Shown here: in pieces, positions 59,130-64,000 of the stretch
Layout of the letters: every line of letters begins with the position of its first letter
How positions within the stretch are numbered: the first letter of the stretch is position 1
Assembly: GCA_002269645.1 (NCBI GenBank)
Contig: NIVC01001377.1
Location: 1 to 64,000 of the forward strand
Direction: 5' to 3'
DNA from: Macrostomum lignano
Lineage: Eukaryota
Length of the DNA stretch: 64,000 bases
Position numbers and translations under genes: made by a program
Notes under the pieces: model-generated
The model's database searches: none
Told to the model about the DNA's origin: nothing
Seen by the model: the letters and a program-made list of their open reading frames with translations, nothing else

Positions 59130-62100
59130 TTAAAAGCAAAAATAATAAAACAAAAGTCTTCTTCTCTGACCTCGACTTTGCGACTCGACTTTAAGGGCTC
59201 CAGCCACTGCATCAAGTCTCTCCAGCTTCTGCCTGACCCAGCCGATCTTCTCCTCGTCCTGCGTCTCCATGGCGACGCGTCTCTCTTTCTCGATCATCTT
59301 TATCTGCCGCAGGCTGAGCTCCACGTGCTCGCGGCAGTCGCTGTAGTGAGCCAGAGTGAGCAGCTCCTCCAAGTCCGGGTCTTCTTCCAGCTCTCGCTTC
59401 CAATCCTTTAGTTTAATTGCAGGTGCGCGATTGCGGAGCAGCTCAGCTTGGAGACTCCAGCTCAGGCAGCGGAAATTCACGTACAGGTGGGAGGAGAGAG
59501 GCTGCGACAGTCTGGCTGTGAACAGAGTCTGCGTGAACTCGGGAAGGAATGGGAAGCGAGGCGGAGAGTCGCAGGGGAGGCAGAACCTCCACGCCCAGTC
59601 TGAGTCTTCTGGCAGTTTTCTAATGAAGCTCTCTTCTCGAATATGCTGTGGCTTCAACCCTGACTCAACCTGATATCTCTGCAGCTCCATCGCGAGTCTC
59701 TCAGCCTCCTCAGATTCTCCGAACTTCAAATGCGCCATGGCGGTCATGCACAGGGCGGCGCACTTGCACCACTGCAGCTCATGAAGGAGACTGAGCTGCC
59801 TCATCAGAGTGTCTCTGTTGCTCGATTCCGACTGCAGCTCGCTCACACACTGGTGCACCACACTGTACACGTCTGCGAACTTGTAGTAAAAGTCATCGCT
59901 ATTACTTCCTTCTCTGATGTCCGAGACAGAAGACGGCGCTGTCAGGGGTAGCAGGGTGAACGGGTGAAAGTAGAATTTCTCTGACTGCAGAGGTCTCACG
60001 AGTCTCCTCAGCTGCTCGACCACTCCGCCGATGTCGCTTCTCAGCTCACAAAGTCGGTCTCGAACCCTCGCCTTCGTGTTGTCGAAGTCGCCGCCGATTC
60101 CAGCGTTCTTGAAGTAGAGCGGAGCGTCGGGCATGAAGAAGTGCGGCATGCACTCATCGGGCGAGCTGCTCGAGTCGATGAAGCTCAGCATCATGTCGAG
60201 AGACTCCTTGAGCAGAGTGATCAGATTGTCGGGCTGCCAAGCGTCAGTTTCAGGATCTGTGCCATGCTTCTCCAGCATGAAGAATAGCAGAGTCTTTGCA
60301 TGGTAGGTCTTGAGTCCAGGTGTGTCCAGAGTGAGCGGCAAGTGTCTCTTGAAGATGAACTTGATGAGTGTAAACAGCTGGCCCGAGACTGTGCTCAGGT
60401 CTCTCATGATGTATTTCTCTTGGAAGCTGAAGCTCACTCTGAGCTCGTTGGTCGAGCTCGGTCTGGTCGCCCGAACGAGGTGAACACTCACATATTTATC
60501 AGGAAGCAGTTTTCTAATTCTGTTATGACAGAACCTGCTGCAGCAGTCGATCGCATGGCACGTGTCCTGTGCAGGCCGCACACCGCACGGCGTGGCTGTG
60601 ACAGCAGGTTGGCTGCCTGCAGAGCGCAGTGAGCGGAGAGTCGCTTTGTGGCGAGTGAAAAAGATGGATTGGTTTGAAACTGCTTGAATGTGTTAGATGA
60701 TTTCGTTCTGCTTGTGTGTCAGTGCTAATACTGTAATCAATGAATGAAACAATGTATTTGTTTCAATGTTGGCAGGGGCACCGCTATGGAGTTGATGATG
60801 GGCAGAAATAGAAAATTAATTTTATTTTCTTTCAGATCTGTTTTCACGTATTGCGTATAGTAGGCAAGCTTTTAATATGTGTGCATGGCATTGCATAATA
60901 ATTGTTTCATAACCTATGAGAAAGGTGCGATCAAACTTAGGCTAAAGTTGTGAACTCTGAAGTTCAGCCACTCGGTATCTAATAAATAATTGAGCTTGGA
61001 TTGGCATGTGGGTTCTAATGGTGAGCCCAGCTTCACTGACCTGCTCCGACTGGCACCTGTGCGTGGCCCTCCTTGACACGCAGTTGAGTGGGGTCTCTGC
61101 AGATACCCCCGAGTATTGTTTTTTTATAGCAGCCACCTTTCAGATGGAACTGCTGTCCATCAACCAGCACAGTCCAGTCAATGTCCGAGTCTGCAGCCGT
61201 CCTGCCGTTCACTTGCACCAGACTGTTGGCCCAGCCCTCTGCGTAGCTGCCCGTCATCTGCCTGCGATCCTGTGTGAGGACTCCAGCGACTCCTTGCAGC
61301 CAGTCAGCCAGTCTCTGCTGACACTTTGCTCTCTGCTCGGTGAATTGGTAAGTTGGTGAAGTGATTGCAAGTACTCGTAGAATGGAAACTAACTGCAACT
61401 GACTCGGTGGCATTTAGCAGCCTCAGCACCTGCCGCTGCTCAAATCGCTGTGCGAGCTGCGCACACGTGAGGCCCTGATTGTCTCGATGGCTGGCATCGG
61501 CTCCATTGTCGATGAGAGTCTTGGCTGCTCGCACGTGACCGGCTTGGCAGGCTCGTGACAGAGCAGTGCGACCGTGAGTGTCTTGAGCGCGAAGTGAGGC
61601 GCCGAGATGGATGAGTTTGAGAATGAGTTCGTGATGACCTGCATCAGCTGCGAGCATGAGAGCGGTGTCTCCGGTGTTGTCGTCTGGGAGATCGACATGC
61701 TGTGTGCTGAATCGGTGATGATTGAGCAGTGAGGCTGCAAGAGCGACGAGTCTTTGAGACATGGAGATGCGGAGGAGCTGTGTTATTTGAGCTGGCGCCA
61801 TTCGAGAAAGGGTATCAGTGAGAACAGAGTTCCTGCCTTCGATGGCCATAGCAGCAGTGAAGCTGAGGATGGTGCTGTATTGGAGGAGCCATTGGGGCTC
61901 GAGGCCGACGGAGGCAACGGCATTTTCGTGAAGACGAGTGCAAGCCGCGACCGCGCACTGGAAACGGAGATTCGCTTCTAGACCGGGACTTGAAAGACGA
62001 GAGATGAGGAACTTGACGATTTCAGAGTGACCACAGATAGCAGCCTTTTCGGCAGCTTTGATGCAGGTGTCCCTGTTTGATTGCTCATTGATTTGTGGGA

Positions 62101-62788
62101 CGAGAAACTTGACGATTTTAAAGTGACCATTGATTGCAGCAGATATGGCAGCTTTGATGCAGCAGGTGTCCCTGTTTGATTGGTCATTGATTTGTGGGAC
62201 GAGAAACTTGACGATTTCAAAGTGACCATTGTCTGCAGCATTTTCGGCAGCTTTGATGCAGCAGATGTCCCTGTTTGATTGGTCATTGATTTGTGGGACG
62301 AGAAACTTGACGGCTTCAAAGTGACCACTGATTGCAGCATTTTCGGCAGCTCTGATGCAGCAGGTGTCCCTGTTTGATTGGTCAATTATGTGTGGGACGA
62401 GAAACTTGACGATTTCAAAGTGACCATATTCTGCAGAATTTTCGGCAGCTTTGATGCAGCAGATGTCCCTGTTTGATTGGTCAATTATGTGTGGGACCAG
62501 AAACTTGACGATTTCAAAGTCACCAATTAATACAGCAGTTTCGGCAGCTTTGATGCAGCAGGTGTCCCTGTTTGATTGGTCATTGATTTGTGAGAGGAGA
62601 AAATTAGCGATTTCAAAGTGACCATTGATTGCAGCCTTTTCGGCAGCTTTGATGCAGCAGATGTCCCTGTTTGATTGGTCATTGATCTGTGGGACGAGAA
62701 ACTGGACGATTTCAAAGTGACCACGAATTGCAGCAGCAAAAATGTGTTCCGTGGTCGGTCGCTGATGTCGGCTTTGACTTTGACCCAT
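59130..62788 (-). CDS. Ankyrin-repeat + Mab-21/cGAS-like nucleotidyltransferase (cGLR-type); exons 62788-61394, 61332-61041, 60616-59130
   Basis: Eight 33-aa ankyrin-like repeats plus canonical ANK repeats (GDTALMLAADAGH, GRTALSRACQAGH). NTase motif GSYAEG...DSDID. Mab-21 C-lobe ELRVSFSFQEK, LKTYHAKTLLF, W..DNL, MPHFFMP. Introns GTTAGT..CAG (61 nt) and GTCAGT..TGCAG (424 nt) join all three ORFs in frame. The exact 3-prime end is less certain. Confidence 0.88.
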
Positions 62789-62934
62789 TGTTCTAAAAAG
62801 CCGTATTGGATAAAAAGGTTAAGTGGGAGAAAAAAGGAGAATGGCAGGAAGAGGAGAGGGAGCGGAAATACAGCATTGTAGCTGTAAATTTTTTAATGAA
62901 TTTAGAAGAGACTATGAACCTTGCCTGCAATCTT

Positions 62935-63295
62935 TGGCTGCTGTCAGAGCGGCAGATGTCAGTCACGGTTTGTCAGAGTGGCAGATGTCAGTCACGGCTG
63001 CTGTCAGAGTGGCAGATGTCAGTCACGGCTGCTGTCAGAGTGGCAGATGTCAGTCACGGCTGCTGTCAGAGTGGCAGATGTGAGTCAGGGCTGCTGTCAG
63101 AGTGGCAGATGTCAGTCACGGCTGCTGTCAGAGTGGCAGATGTCAGTCACGGCTGCTGTCAGAGTGGCAGATGTCAGTCACGGCTGCTGTCAGAGCGGCA
63201 GATGTGAGTCACGGCTGCTGTCAGAGCGGCAGATGTGAGTCACGGCTGCTGTCAGAGTGGCAGATGTCAGTCACGGCTGCTGTCAGAGCGGCAGG
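62935..63295. repeat. 31-bp minisatellite (GCTGCTGTCAGAGTGGCAGATGTCAGTCACG), about 11 copies
   Basis: Period 31. Confidence 0.95.
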
Positions 63296-64000
63296 TGTTT
63301 CAAAGGTTTGTGCAGCCGGTTGCCAGAAAGATTTCACCGCCTCATCTCTCAGCTGCCCCCCTTTTGCAGCCTCTGGCGAGGCCACCCCTTGACCACCCCG
63401 GCCTTAGCAACCGAAACTTTTCTCTCAAGCGTGAGCGCTTTTGCCTCTGTGCACCCAGCATGGCAACGGAGAGACTGCGGCTGCAGCGGCCACCCCCAGC
63501 TGTACTTGATGAGGCTGAGCTGACCCATTGTGCCTCAGTGCAGTGTGAGATCTTTAAATGCATTTAATGGCCCACTGAGCGGTGTAAAATGCTGCTCAGT
63601 ACCGCAGTGCATCGGTTTGAGTAGGCGGTCAAATGTACAGAAATGCATTGTTAAATTTGGCCAGTTTTCTCTCTCACTCTGCTCACTGGCATTCTTAACT
63701 GCAGCTGCTGCAGAGCATTGGCTGGCTGGCAACAGGGCTCTGGCTCTCTCCCGACTCTCCTATGCTTTCACTGTCCCTCTAGTGCGCAGCTCAGGCAGTT
63801 GAGAGTCTGCTGGGCTGAGTTTGGCGAGTGCATTTAGCAGCAATAATTGACATTCTTTTGCTTTTCTACAGAAGCCTCTCATCACTGCCGCTCCTTCTGT
63901 TTCATGTTTTGAACAGGTGGCAACCGGCCCCTGTGGCAGGACTTGGCTTGCAAGCGCAGGCAGAAACTTGCAGTGACGATTGCTCGGCAAGAGACAGGGG

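Noticed and set aside
13109-59130. Functional link between the Polinton and the ankyrin-cGLR or WSC genes
   Set aside because: They are 36-46 kb apart with no shared sequence found; co-occurrence in one window is not evidence.
63300-64000. Coding exons or an LRR-like NLSGNRL motif upstream of the cGLR
   Set aside because: Single short motif, stops in the relevant frames and no consistent splice structure.

Overview
Eukaryotic (animal) genomic DNA. A flatworm such as Macrostomum is suggested by the GPCR type, short introns and dense minisatellites, but that is inference only. Bases 1-13109 are the right-hand ~13 kb of an AT-rich Polinton/Maverick (adintovirus-like) endogenous virus. In order it carries major capsid, packaging ATPase, minor capsid, adenain-type protease, a fibre with discoidin-like and L-type-lectin-like domains, a 2-TM protein, three accessory ORFs, a protein-primed PolB with N-terminal TP/vOTU region and two GxG-motif core proteins. 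It ends in a highly structured terminus closed by ACTACT. Many viral genes are broken by 1-nt indels, mostly in homopolymers. The remaining ~51 kb is host DNA: a two-exon rhodopsin-class GPCR, two tRNA-head SINEs, a partial coiled-coil gene, more than 12 minisatellites, a near-perfect 7.5-kb tandem duplication containing a mariner relic, an inverted pair of WSC-PAN genes, a Gypsy relic, and a three-exon gene fusing ankyrin repeats to a cGAS-like (Mab-21) nucleotidyltransferase. The best candidates for new biology are (i) that ankyrin-cGLR, whose eight near-identical 33-aa repeats vary mainly at DARPin-type ligand-contact positions, and (ii) the Polinton's nested terminal fold-back and its dispersed GNA-triloop mini-hairpins with compensatory stems. 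All protein identifications come from motif recognition by eye; no database search was run.
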